Source of the DNA: Phoronis australis
Lineage: Eukaryota; Animalia; Phoronida
DNA: 64,000 bases
Assembly: GCA_002633005.1 (NCBI GenBank)
Contig: NMRA01001032.1
Location: 2,899 to 66,898, forward strand
Direction of reading: 5' to 3'
Numbering within the stretch: position 1 is the first letter of the stretch; each line of letters starts with the position of its first letter. Below, piece after piece: positions 1 through 13,200 of this stretch. A program made the position numbers and the translations under genes. A model generated the notes under the pieces. It was not told the DNA's origin. It saw only the letters and a list, made by a program, of their open reading frames with translations, and searched no databases.

Positions 1-1479
1 CTGTTAAAATCAGCTGATAAGTGTACACATAGAAAATCAGCCGAAGACGTTTGTGGCGCTAATAACTCATAACATGTCTGAATTATCATGTGAATGCTTT
101 TAAATGACGTGACAGATAACAATATACGCATTTTATTTCTATAAGTCTTAAAAATTAAAAAATTTAAGCAATTCCATTATTTACGTAACCAAATCTTCAG
201 ACGAGGGAACGTCCGTTCCGTAAATCCGGAAGTTTTCTATCCTAAGTTTACAGCGTCCTCTCATAGTCAGTGTTTATGTCCCTTGGTCAGCAACATGATC
301 AACGCGCTCTCACGGAGTTTCCAGTCCTTATCTATAAACCTACGATAGCCTTGTCGGCTTATCGGCATGCTGGTTGTATTCCGCGTTGCTCGAACGGCTA
401 GAAAAAATGCGAACTCTCAACTGTCTGTTTTACAATCTCTAAGGACGTTGAAATTCGGAAGCGTTTGGTCGTTGTCATACACCGTGATGAAGGGAAATAT
501 ATCCGTGTAAAATTTAGATCATATTTTGTCGCATCTCGGTTGCCGAGCATTATAGCAACGACCGGAGAATCTTCGGCCAGCCAAGCTGTGTTTTCATGAC
601 TGCGGGTTGAAAGATGTTGCATTTTTCTTTCCAAAAAGGACAGGGCCCTCAATAACTCGATTTTGGGGCTAAATATCGGTCCTAATAATATATGGTCAAA
701 TAATTTTTATTTTCAATTACGGGCCTGGTTTTTTATTTTGATAAAAATATATTTAATAACACCAGTTATTCTTTCAGATCAATGACAAATCAGCTGTTAG
801 CCCCGGTAGTTCGTACCTCACCAGGACCTAGGCTGTGCGTGATGTTGATATTCTTGATCAACAAATTAAACCAGATGTGACTAATTGCACATGAAAGCAA
901 AATGCGATGAGCCACCACTGTCGAATAAATCTTCAACTCGTCAACAAAACGAGCAGATGACCTGGTTCGCGTAGAAAGCATTTTTATCAACATTCAGCAT
1001 AATACCTAATCCGTAACACTGCGATCGTCGCAGTTTGGTCATATTTACTTTTCATGTTTCGAACCTAGTTTTTTGAAACAACACTTATACTCTTTCGTCA
1101 GACAACTCTTTGGTGCATTGACTTGTTCTCTGATGTATTTTCTACGTCTCTGTGGTTAATTATCGACACATTTTTAAGATTTAATGTCCAGGTTGGACTG
1201 GAAAGACCGGTCATTTAACTCACGCAATGTCAACTTCCGTTTTGTTTATCGCGTTGAGCCTCGCTTTGAATTTTAATATCCGCCGCGTGAATTATGTCTA
1301 TAGTCTATGATCACAGTGACAATAAGAAGTGCGCGAATAGGAGAGTTCACTCAGTCATCTTGCCATTTGCCGCAATGGTTATCGGTGGAATAGCTAGCGC
1401 CTCAAGCGGCGAACAAGCAACACTAACTTATGGGCGCAGTCCGAACCATGTAAACACTGATGAATTCATAACGTTCAAA

Positions 1480-1550
1480 AAATAAACGGGAACACGATTC
1501 TGCCGGGATCTGGAGTCTGAGTCCACCCCTCATCCGCTACTGGTCCTAGC
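1480..1550. repeat. Dispersed repeat, inverted copy at ~35738-35810
   Basis: CGGGAACACGATTC...CCCCTCATCCGCTACTGGTCCTA is the reverse complement of TAGGACCGGTAGCGGATGAGGGG...GAATCATGTTCCCG. Confidence 0.6.
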
Positions 1551-1614
1551 TACTGACCTCAGTATTTCCTCACGCTTCACGCTGGACATTGCTGTTTCAT
1601 TTCGCAGCAGTCAA

Positions 1615-2081
1615 GTATGGTGGGCCGTTGAGGGGAAAGTGTCGCCGTAAAATTACGCTCGTAATTACGAGCGTAAATTAAATTGCAGGAGTGTCGCCGT
1701 ACAATTACGCCCGTAAATTAAATGGGGGAAATGTCACCATAAATAACGCTCGTAAGAACGTTCCAGATTTAAACCAATCAGTGATTACCTAACATACACG
1801 ACTGTTGCTGGGCAGCTCGTTCTTGCACAATCGCTGACATAGCAGCAGCGATTTGATCCGCCATGATTCAGCGCTCGTATCGTAGACATGAAATCCGTCT
1901 GTAAATAATTATTTCCATGAGCTAAGAGTTTAAACTAAATTACAAGCGTAATTTTGCGCCTAAAGAATTAAATTACGCTCGTAATTTTACGGCGTAATTA
2001 ACGGCGTAAATAACGGCGTATTGTACACGATTACGCTCGTATTTTTCCGGCCACACTTTCCCCCCCAAAGGCCCATCATAG
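1615..2081. mobile_element. MITE with ~40-bp TIRs and internal TTACG/CGTAA repeats
   Basis: TATGGTGGGCCGTTGAGGGGAAAGTGTCGCCG pairs with CGGCCACACTTTCCCCCCCAAAGGCCCATCATA; flanked on both sides by (G)TCAA. Confidence 0.75.
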
Positions 2082-2819
2082 TCAATTGGCCTGCCCCCTA
2101 ATTCCGCCTATGTAAGGTATCACCAAACACGGTTCATTCCTATAGAGCATGCTCTAAGCACGTGTCATCCTCGTCCCCAAGCCTCGATATGACGTTGATC
2201 GGTTTAGCGATCAGCGCTCTCTTGAGGCTTGCGAACGACACTGCTTTCCAGAAAATTAGCACAAAATAGTGACTATTACTGCGCAGAAAGGTAATTGATT
2301 AACCTTCATGTATATGGCAATACGTTTTCCTAAAAAAAAATTGCTTGTGTTACAAAAGTACAATTTGAACTATCTTTTACATGAGATAAATATTTCATTT
2401 CCATGTTTTTTTAATGCGCATCAACTTAATAGTAAACAGGCAAAAAACAGGATGGCGAGCATCGACAACAATGAGACGATACCAGAGACCTTTACGCAGG
2501 AAGTTTTTTCCATTTTCTTGGGGTGAAATAGGTGAAGGAGAGGGTTTTTTCAAGGAGTTAGAACGGTCCATGTTATTTTGAGAAGACAGCACAAGATAAC
2601 GGAAGTCTCACTGTCAAAAGTAAGAACTGATGTTACAAACAGGTTTGGGAAGCCAATAAATTGTGTAACAAATAAGCAGTTTAAATGATGTTTATTGTTT
2701 CTAAATCATAACAATTGCATCACAATACAGACAAAAACAATATGAAAGATATATTTGATCTCGCACCCATTACACATCTGTCGAAGTTGACAAATTACAT
2801 TTGACGGTAAGTTAACCGT

Positions 2820-2980
2820 GTTTCTTCGTGAATGTGAGTCCGTGACCCGTGTATTTGGGGTGAATGGATCGTATTTTGAGAGTCCGATCCAGTGTTTGTG
2901 AGTCAGTGAACGGCGTTTGCAGGTACGTGAGTCGTGTTCATGCGCCCGTGAACGTTTTCATGAGTCCGTTAACCGTGCAG
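2820..2980. repeat. Degenerate ~20-bp tandem repeat (GTGAGTCCGTGA-like)
   Basis: Recurrent TGAGTC(C/A)GT motifs at roughly 20-bp spacing. Confidence 0.45.
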
Positions 2981-3779
2981 TTTAGGTACCTTGAAATAGC
3001 AGACTTTGTTCTTAGTTCACCTGACAGTCAGACGTAAAATCACACACTGACAGAGGTCATTTGCACTGACAATGTCAATTCAAATGCCCATCGAGCGAAA
3101 CGTGCAAGCTTAACCTACTTTGCTTTGTTTGCGCATTAACAGGTATAGTTATGTGGCTTGCAGTGGTATCCATCTATGGTTTTCAAGGCCCTGGGCCAGT
3201 CATCGTTTTTAGTATGTGGGTGTAACTGGGGTGGTCATAAAAAGAAACGTGACAGCCATGTTTACACCAAGGGCTGGAAACGTGTCCCGTACCTACATTC
3301 ATGAAAGCTAAAATGCAAACCTAGAAAAAGTCTACCACTCTAACCTACCGTCTAGCATCCTAAGCTTTCAAAGTAAGCTATATTTCGCGTTCTTCTAAAA
3401 CAATGATTTGCTGATTTTTGAAAACCACGCTAGCACTTTTATAGCCCAGATTACCATCAGACGGAAAATTATACCAAGAAAAATACTATCCCACTTTTAT
3501 TTCTTTGAATCTGAATTGCCATTCCAATTTACACCAAACTGCTGAAAATACAATTTAAAAGTTCATTAGAAAATAACAGCACTCATCTCAACTGAACTTA
3601 CCCCACATCCTTATTCCGTAAACTGCCCCCGGACTACTAAACACCTCTCCACATCCTTATTACGTAGACTGACCCCCCGGACTACGGGACTGCCATTTTA
3701 CTGATGCGTGTAATGCGCAAAGATTTTTCAACACCCCGGATTTAAGGTAGTTACTTTACAGGGACGTGACAGGGAGAAG

Positions 3780-3835
3780 ATGTTGTCTTGGCTTGCGTTG
3801 CTCTTAGTGGCCTCGACCGTAACCGGCACTGTCAG
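3780..3835 (+). CDS. Copy 1 exon 1, signal peptide MLSWLALLLVASTVTGTV(R)
   Basis: ATG followed by a hydrophobic core and AG|GTGAGA donor; same 56-nt exon at 46029-46084. An acceptor-like TTTACAG just upstream (~3761) suggests a 5' UTR intron. Confidence 0.8.
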
Positions 3836-4180
3836 GTGAGATTAAAATATTCTTAATGTTTAATCGTTAAATTTTAGCGTGACTTTATGTGACTGCGTTT
3901 GAAAAATGTACACATGAGAGATATAAAGACCGAAACGTTTTTTTACTTTAATTTCAAAAGGTGTCTTAAAACCCTGCAAAGCATGTGTGCAAAGCTCTCT
4001 TTTGTTTTTATTGTATATGAGCCATTTGAAATGAATAGTGAAGTGGGATCTGGTATCCAAGTGACCCAAAATATTAAACCCACATTCCGATTGAGTTTTT
4101 CAGATGGTGTCACGTTATTTGGTGACTGTAGTGGAGTGGCAACGACGGCTAAATACCCTTGAAAATGCATACATGCATAA

Positions 4181-4267
<87 letters not shown>

Positions 4268-7200
4268 CCTGGAATGTGGTTTGGGGACCGAAGGCCTGCA
4301 AAATCGCAATAAAGTATTTTTTTTTTTCTATTCTATTTAAACATTAATGACATGCTCCTCTGGGCATTTTCGTAAGAACTGCACTGCACATGTTGTATCG
4401 CGGGGTGAATGGACAGCTCATGGATAAAATGATATCTCTTGTACTGTGTTGAGTTACTTTGAAGTTGCACGGTTGCTTAATTCAGAGTTAAATTAAAATA
4501 ATTCCCCTTGAAATCCTGCAACCCTCCCCCGCTTTGAATATAGATTCGGTCAACCTTGCACGATTTTAATTTAATACTTAACACATCATTGTGAGTACCT
4601 GTAAGATATCAAAGCTATGAAATGAAGCCTCAATTGCATAAAAACATTCCGAATTATAAAGATTTGTATTCAATTCAACGTTTTAAATTCAGCCACAAAA
4701 TATATTCCGATACGGTCAGCCCCTACCAGCCCAGTTGTTTGAAAACTATCGTCAAAATACAGTTAGCTGGCACTGTGTATTGAGCTCCGTTAGACACCGA
4801 GTTTTCATACAGCCCGGGGGGTTGTTCTGCTAGTCACCTCGATGTGAAACTTGTATCAACATGATGAGCTAACGACCGTTGGGGTGCATGCAAAATATGG
4901 GAGCAAACCGACACACCCCTTACCCGGTGCAACCGCTTGGAGGATAAGATCAGATGTTTGAGATTGCTTCCCTCACTAAAATGGACATTCGATTGCTTGA
5001 CACTACACCATACAAGGAATTATTAACCTTGAAAACTGCGCAGACTGTATACGTCTGCTCTCATTATGAGATTTGTTTCCAAAATAGAATCCAGTAATGC
5101 CCGTCTATATTTATTCGGTTTTCTATCAAACGTTTCTCTTGCACTTTTGCAAAGAACTTTTAACATACCAAAATGACAGTAATGTTCTGTCGTTTACAAC
5201 AGGAGTGTGGACGACGGGATGTGGTGCGATTTCGTCATCGTCGGTGCGGGCACCTCCAGCTTAGGTCTCGCCAGTAGACTTTCTGAAATACCATCATGGA
5301 AAGTTTGCGTTTTTGAGAGAGGTAAGTAACACCTCAGTTGATATAAATCTGTTTTTTAATTAGGGGAGAAATCCCCAGTTTGCAGTCCACGGGTGGACTT
5401 AATGGAATTCAGGATTCACTCCTCCACGAACAGGATAAAAAACACCGTCGACATGCCTTCGGTACCCAGTAACTAAACATTTAGAAGTCGTAGTCCGACA
5501 GTAATCTCTACGCTTTTAGCGGTCGTAGATTCAAATCTACGTAACCAACTTGAACACAAAAAATGAGACAGTATCATCAACGTTCGTCTTAAACATACCG
5601 CGTGACACGATCTAGAAACCTAACTTTGTTTGCAACCATGTCTATATCGTACAATGCATTGCACTTCGCAAAACCGCCTTGAGGTGGTGATGTTGTAACA
5701 TCATGTCTAAAATCTCGTGTTCTGTTTCCACCAAGCTCTAATCTATTTAAATTGGCACGGGGTTTCGGTTGGTCATTTCTCCGGCCATCCTCTGGTGTTA
5801 CAGCGTACTTGGAATAACGAGCGCGTGCATCTGATTCACTCATGGAGGGCACTTGAATTATATTATTCCTGGAAGAAGGCATGTTATGAACCCGGGACCT
5901 TTCTGTTGCCAGTCCAGTCCTAGGCAACTGAGTGATATACATTATGCTTTCGGTGGTAGACCATGATATAACCAATTAGTACTGTTCTTTTCATATTTTT
6001 GTGGACCTATACATTCTGTTTAAAAGAAGGGTCCCAGTGGCCTCTTTCTCTGAATTATAAAAACCGTTCACAATGAGACCCTCTTCTCGAAGAGGAGGAC
6101 CAAGATAATTCTCTCCTTCTCCGATGAGTCGGGCTCCCATTTTGCGCAGCTCGCAGCTACTCGTCTACGCTCACCCTTAGCACACGGCTTACCTTGTCTG
6201 CAAACTCTAAAGATATATGCTAACGGAGTTAAAGACATCCAACACTTGAGACATTCGCTATACGTTGACCTGGGAGAGAGTAAGACAATTTGAACCGTGA
6301 TTTGAACCATCCAACCTTTCGACATAACGTAGATCTATACAAGTACGTACTGATCCTGAAGCAGTTAAGTTATATGGACCGTAGGCAAAATTCCCAGAGG
6401 GATCAGTCTAATACGACCACTTGGTATCTTAATATATTGGGATGCGTTTACCTATTTGAAGTTTTGACCTCACCTGTTCACTTTGTCTACAACGTCACGG
6501 TGTTTTGCAATGGTCAATTCATTCACAAATATTGTCACCTGTCGTCCGAGGAAGGCTCGTTTTTGTGAAAAAAGACCGTGCAATGATTAACATGTAAATT
6601 GTTCATGTTTGCGGTTTGGCGCACATACAGCAACTGCCACATAAAGGCGGGTGTTATCAGTCATGAGTAACAAACAGCAGTACTAGCTTTTGTTCATTGC
6701 CATCCTGTTACGTGCTTAAAGCGTTGAAAGTGCGCTTCTACTGTTAAGGATATCTCACTCTCCTTGCCTCTCCCTTGCCCTCCTCACTCAGCTCACTAGG
6801 ATGCCTGCTGTTATTGTCCACATTACAGGCCCAATGGAATCCGGAATGGAGAGCTGGTACACCAACAGCTACAAGTTTACCAGCCCTCACGATCCATTCT
6901 GGCTTACCCAACCGACGCTGAGAACCATGGTAACAAAAGATGGAAAATACCTGACCAACGAAAATAAAGATGGCCGCTTGATCTATATTCCACGCTTCCG
7001 AGGACGCGGGGGCACTTCTCGCGTGTACGGAGCCATAGCAAGACGCGCGAGCCCGGCTGTTCTCGACCTGTGGCCTGAAGGTAATTCTCAATCAAATGTT
7101 AAATAAAACATGCACAATCAATACAGTTAACAATACAGTAGGACCCCAAAATTTGGCTAACTTTAAAACATCGTATCTCATGAACAGTTATAAAAATTTC

Positions 7201-10200
7201 AGATGCAGTACTTTATGTAATATCCTGCATTAGGGATTGTTTTTGAAATGTTCTATTTTAGCATGAGGGGCCACAAAAACTTTGAATTTTACGATTTTAA
7301 TAAATAAATAAAAAACTGCATGAACAAAAACGAATTTAGAAAGCTGTAAGTGCGTTTTAAAGTTTTCATCCAGCACATTTACACCAAGTGAAAAGTGGTC
7401 ATGTTATTGACATCGTTATTTTGTTTGCAATGCACCTTTCGTTTTCCTAAGTTTCACTGAAATGACATGACCACAAGACTGAATCAATTGTAGATTTGAA
7501 AAAAATCAAACATCAAATTGTTGAAATATGTCACTTTTTGGTTGCAAAAATGAAACCACAACACATCGTGAGAATGACCTAATCTATTGTGAAAAAGAGA
7601 TTAACTACCACAAAACAACTAATCGTAATAATGCGGTCGATGTAACGTAGAAGGAATTTAAACTAATAAATGATTTTCAACACTCTCCTCAGCTGTTAGT
7701 GTTTAAGTTCAAACATAACCAATAAAAGAGTTTCTCAAAGTCCTCAATGCAGGTATGATAAAGTATTCACTAGACGTTAACTAATTAGTGCCAACACTCC
7801 TCCTCACTTATGTTAACCGTTGAGCAACTAAAAAACTAATGTTTAACTAACTCCTGCCATGGCCCTGAGTTTTTCGAATGTTTCTCTTGGCAATGGCTTG
7901 GTCAACATGTCTGCTATCATTAGTGCACTACAACAATACATTAAGTCAATAGAATCAGTGCTGACCAAATCAAGGATACAGTGATGTTTGATTTCAATAT
8001 ATTTGGCACGACCATGAAATTTTGGATTGTGACACATGGATATGGCTGCCTGGTTATCCTCAAAAATAGTTTTTGAATTCAAGAACAAGTTTGGAAAGCC
8101 ACATGGCTTCCTGCGCAGCCATCCCCAAGGCAACATACTCCGCTTCAGCTGATGACAGAGCAACACACGACTGACGTTTGCTTCTTCAGCTAACAACTGA
8201 TACAGCCACATAAAAATATATCCAGATGTCGATCTACGTACGACTTCTCCTCCGCAGTCGGAGTTGGAATATCCTACATAGTCCAGGAACTCACTACTTG
8301 GAAATCGCAATCCAAAATTAACCGTTCCTTTCAAGTATCGCATTATCCGCTGAACAGCAGACCAGTGCTGTTAGGTTGGTTTCGAGAAGAACTGAGAAAC
8401 ACGACTCACTGCAAATGGTATATCTGACCTTGTCCACTGACTCAGATATAGTAAACTTCCAACAGCAGACTGATATAATTCCTGATCAAAAGTTTTAAAC
8501 CCATTTCCACAGGGTACTGACTGGCTTACACTCGCTCATACCAAACTTGTCCAGGATTTTGGTCGTGTAACCTGGTTGCGACAAACTAATTGAGCAATCA
8601 CTTGATAGCTGATCAATCACAACCCCCAAGAAGTATTTCGATTCTCTCATGTCAGTTACTTTGAATTTTTACCTTTATTACTAACGTAATCTCAGTTGCA
8701 TAATTATGTCATCGACATAAACTGCTAGCATAGGAGTACCACCATCCAACATATAAATGCATGTATCTTTAACTGAACACTTAAAACCAATGTTGTGCAA
8801 ATGCTCATCCAAAACAATGTTCCAACAACGAGGTGACTGCTTCAACCCATAAATACTTTTGTTGAGCTTACAAACAAGGTTTTCCTTGCCTTTCTCAACA
8901 AATCCATCGGGTTGTCTCATATACGCCTCCTCATGTAACACACCATTTAGAAATACAGTGTTCACATCCACCTGATGAAGCATCATATTTTGCTTTAATG
9001 CAAGAGCAATCAGTTCATGCACAGACTCCTGTCTCACAACAGGACTAAAATTGTCATCATAGTCCTGATCAAAACATGGTGAGAAACCCTGAGCCAGTAA
9101 GAGTGCCTTGTAACGCTGAACACAGCCGTCAGACCCAAGTTTCTCTTTAAAAACCCATTTACACCCAACAACAGAGCGATTTACGGGGGTTCAACCAATG
9201 TCTACACATTGTGTTCCCGGAGTGATTCCAATTCCTTGTCCATAGCAGATCTCCAATTTACCTTGTTAGGCCAGGATAATGCTTCACCCACCGGAATAGG
9301 TTCAGACTTATTTTGAGTAGCGTGAACCCACTCACCGTACCTATCTGGACTGTGTCTCTAGCGGTTCGACCTACGTAACTCTACCGAATCATCAGGAGTG
9401 ACATTCACTTGCGACTGGTTGTCATCCGCCTGTTCCACATTGATGCATTTCTCACTACCAATCTCGGACAGTGCCGTTGGCCTTTTATGCTCGTTCTCAA
9501 GTTCGAATATGTACTCGTCACACACAACATCACGAGTAAGAATGATCACGAGTTATATCATACACACGATATGCCTTACTATCAGGTGCATAACCCCGAA
9601 AGATGGTCTTTCTAGATTTTGAATCAAACTTTGAACGTTCGTCCTTAGGGACATGTGCATATGCTCTGCAGCCAAAAACACGTAGAATATCAACACTCTG
9701 TTTCTCGCCCATAAAGGCCTCAAATGGAGTTTGACCATTTACTGCCCTCGTAGGACTTTGGTTTCGCAAATAGGTAGCAGTGGAGACTGCTTCTGCCCAA
9801 AATTTCTGGGCAAAAACGATTCAGCGAGCGTTGAGCGTGCAGTTTCAACAAGGGTGCGATTCATTCTTTCGGCAACTCCGTTTTGCTCTGGTGTCTTCGG
9901 AACAGTAACTTGGTGTCTGATTCCCTCTCGTCTGAGGTACTGTTCAAACAACTTTGAAATGTACTCTCCTCCATTGTCAGATCTTAAAGTTTTTAGCTTC
10001 TGACCAGTAAGATTCTCAGCCATAGTATTCCATTCTAAAAAGGAATCGAATACCTGATCCTTAAGCTTGATGATGTACAACCAAGTATACCGGGAATAAT
10101 CATCGACAAATGTCAGAAAGTATTCACATCCACTGAGGGAAGCTGTGCTCATTTTACCGCAAACATCAGTGTGCACAAGCCCCGGAGGGACATTGCTACG

Positions 10201-13200
10201 ATGGGCCATGCCTACTGGAAAGCTGTCTCTGTGCAGTTTACCTTGAACAAAAGGCTTACAAACTCTCAGTTCACAATCCGACTTACAGTCAAGTCCAATT
10301 GTCATCTTATTGCGTATCAATTGTTTCAAACTTTGGCCACCTAAATGACCAAAAGGACGATGCCACAACTCAAACTGTAAGTTAGTCTCATCTACTGACA
10401 CAGACTCAGTCATGGGCTTTACATTTAAGTAATACAGGCCATTGACTTCACGGCCTTTTGCAACTTCTTTACCAACATCCTTCATAATGTTACATTCAGT
10501 ATCAGTAAATTCTATGGTACCAAGTTTGCTGGTAGCTTGTGAAACGCTTAACAAACTGAATGACAGGCCTGGTACAAACAGAACATTTTCTCCAACACAC
10601 ATTTTGTGCTATTCCCGTTCAGGGAATCAAGTTCGAGTTCAACCGCTCCTTGGCCGGTTCCTTTTAAAACACGTCCATCCCTAAGCGTTACGTCTCTATT
10701 GTCCTGCAGCTCCGTAAACTCGGTATATTTTGCTCTGTCATTGCATATGTGTGTTGATGCTCCCGCGTCTATGGTCCATTCACAAGTTGACCTAGCACCA
10801 GTAAGCATTGCATTTATCAGCAAGCCAATAGACACCTCACTGTCACTGTCTTTAGTCGCTATGTTGGCTGTATCGGCTTTGTATTTTGTATCACTGCCAT
10901 CTTTGTTTGGACAATTACGTTTTATGTGACCATACAATTTACATCCATAACACTTAGGACCCTTGTTTGACCTAGCCTTTTCGCGAGCGACAAGTGCTTC
11001 CCCGGCTGACTGTTCGCTAAGTTTCCGCTCTTCGTGTAATAAACGCTCAGTCACTAGTTCCATCCTAGGCACCTCCTCGCAAGCCTCCAATGCTGTAACC
11101 AACACACCATACATATTGGGAAGACTTGCAAGAAGATGCACAACACGATCTCGATCGTTTACTGGACCACCAATTACTGCAAGTTCGCTAAAAAGCTCAG
11201 TCATGGATTTGATAGGAGCACTGACGTCATCACCAGCATTTAACTTCATTGAATATAGGTTTTTACGTAAATGCAGCTCATTTGCCCAAGTTTTCTTTTG
11301 AAACTGGTTCTGAAATGTGTGCAACACGTCACAGGGATCCACAGGGTCTCCTAGTATGTACAACAGACTAGTGTCCACTGAGAGAACTATGGTAGCACGT
11401 GCTTTGTCCCTTCTTACATTGAATTTCTCAAGTTTTGAAGCATCATCTCCCGAAGAAGGAACTTCCTTACCCGCGACAATGTTCCACAGGCCATCTTTCA
11501 TCAGCGCCATTTGACACCGAACCTTCCACGTCGCATAGTTTTTACCAACCAGCGGTGAAATTACCCGAAATCACTGATTTTTCCGCCATCTTTGATTTTT
11601 CAAGTCCAAAACAACGTCACTAATCAACCTATTAGTGGCACACAAAAATCGTCCATAACCTTTTGAAATATGTCACTTTTTGGTTGCAAAAATGAAACCA
11701 CAACACATCGTGAGAATGACCTAATCTATTGTGAAAAAGAGACTAACTACAACGAAACAACTAATCGTAATAATGCCGTTGATGTAACGTAGAAGGAACT
11801 TAAACTAATAAATGATTTTCAACACAAATTCTGCAGACTTTCCACTATCAAAAAGTGTACTAACCTTTATTTTGTTGAAATCTGTAGTTTGCAGGTATTT
11901 GTCTAAATACAGAGACGTCTCGAGAAGGTCCCACGTAACCGCCACTGTTAAAATACACGCCCATTTCGTATGTGATAGATACTGGCTGGTTAACCGTAGA
12001 AAGTTTTACATTTGTTAATGCAGGATGGAAACATGAAGACATGACGTATTACTACAAGAAAGTTGAGGACCATTACTGCCACTATGATTCAGAAGAAGCC
12101 ACCGGAATTTCGTCAGCGGATTGCGAGAAATGGCACGGTAAAGGCGGGCCGATGCAACTCAATTCACAGTTAGAGGTACCGTACCGCCAGGATTGCACAT
12201 CCCTACACAAGAGTTAAAAGGGACTCTTTTTTGGCTTTGACTCACTTTGAATAATAGACCGGGCTCAACATATGAAACCAAAGGGTACGACCGTGAACCC
12301 AGTTATCTTCTCTTTCCCTAATTTTACAGTCAAGGGGGGAACGTGGGTTAAAAAGGTAGAAGGGTGTAGGAGTCGAGCGGGCTCAAGGATAATCTTACGT
12401 ACTTCCATTTACAGGAAGCCTTCCACCTGTTCCCGAGAGAGATGAAATACCTTTGTGAAGACAAGACGAAGCCTTGGAATGGTTACAAGCCTGATTACAA
12501 CGGTCCAGTGGAGGACAGGTACAAATACTGAACACACGATTTCCCCATACAGTTAGCAACGATAAACAAGAGCTTTGGAACAGGGAAGGGCGAACAGCAA
12601 CGAATTTTCTGGAGGTTGTCGTTGCGTAACATCCTCACTAATAGTCGCCTGACATATGCGGGGTTGCTGGGGGGTTGGTTCAATCTGGGTCGAAAATTTT
12701 TTAGATTGACGGGCGTGTAACACCCTCACTAAAAATCAGGCAAATAGGTGCGCAAGAACGTGATGTCAATATTTGTGACAACTGTAAGGAATTCTATATA
12801 GGACTCGCACAGAGATGCGTCTGTGACAGGTTGAAAAAACATCTCACCTCAGAGAAAAGTAACATATATAGGCATTGTATTAGCTACAATCACCAATTTC
12901 AAGAATGACGATCAATCACCAGCATTTCACACGTGATTATATTCTATTGTTGGCACTTGAATAGTCGGTGCCAAAATATAAGACAACAAATTTAATTTTC
13001 AATAAATTCGAAATTGTCACAACTGTTTCCTGTTGCGTGAAATAATGGACTCAACTAAGTTCTCTGATTCTCCCACGCATTTATGCATTTGTTTACTCAC
13101 AAGCGTTGTGCTTGTCTATCATCATATCGTTATAATGCTCTTCTCTTTGACTAATAACATTTCATAATAAACTATATAAAACAACGACCTTATTTCAGTG

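Larger units (their letters stand above)
7519..11824 (-). mobile_element. Full-length decayed Ty1/copia LTR retrotransposon in copy 1 intron 3
   Basis: 164-bp LTRs at 7519-7682 and 11661-11824; 5-bp TSD CAAAT. Minus-strand domain order: gag CCHC (CYGCKLYGHIKRNC), protease (IDAGAS), GAG-pre-integrase (WHRPFGH), integrase (HTDVCG, RSDNGGEY, NGVAERMN), RT (SIYGLKQSPR, YVDD), RNase H (EDNQAA, ADMLTK). Multiple frameshifts. Confidence 0.97.

Noticed and set aside
3943-4347. CVCVCV / HTHTHT ORFs
   Set aside because: Translations of the (AC)n microsatellite.
7035-7084. 50 nt identical between paralogs, possible gene conversion
   Set aside because: Too short, and within a conserved motif region, to separate from chance plus purifying selection.
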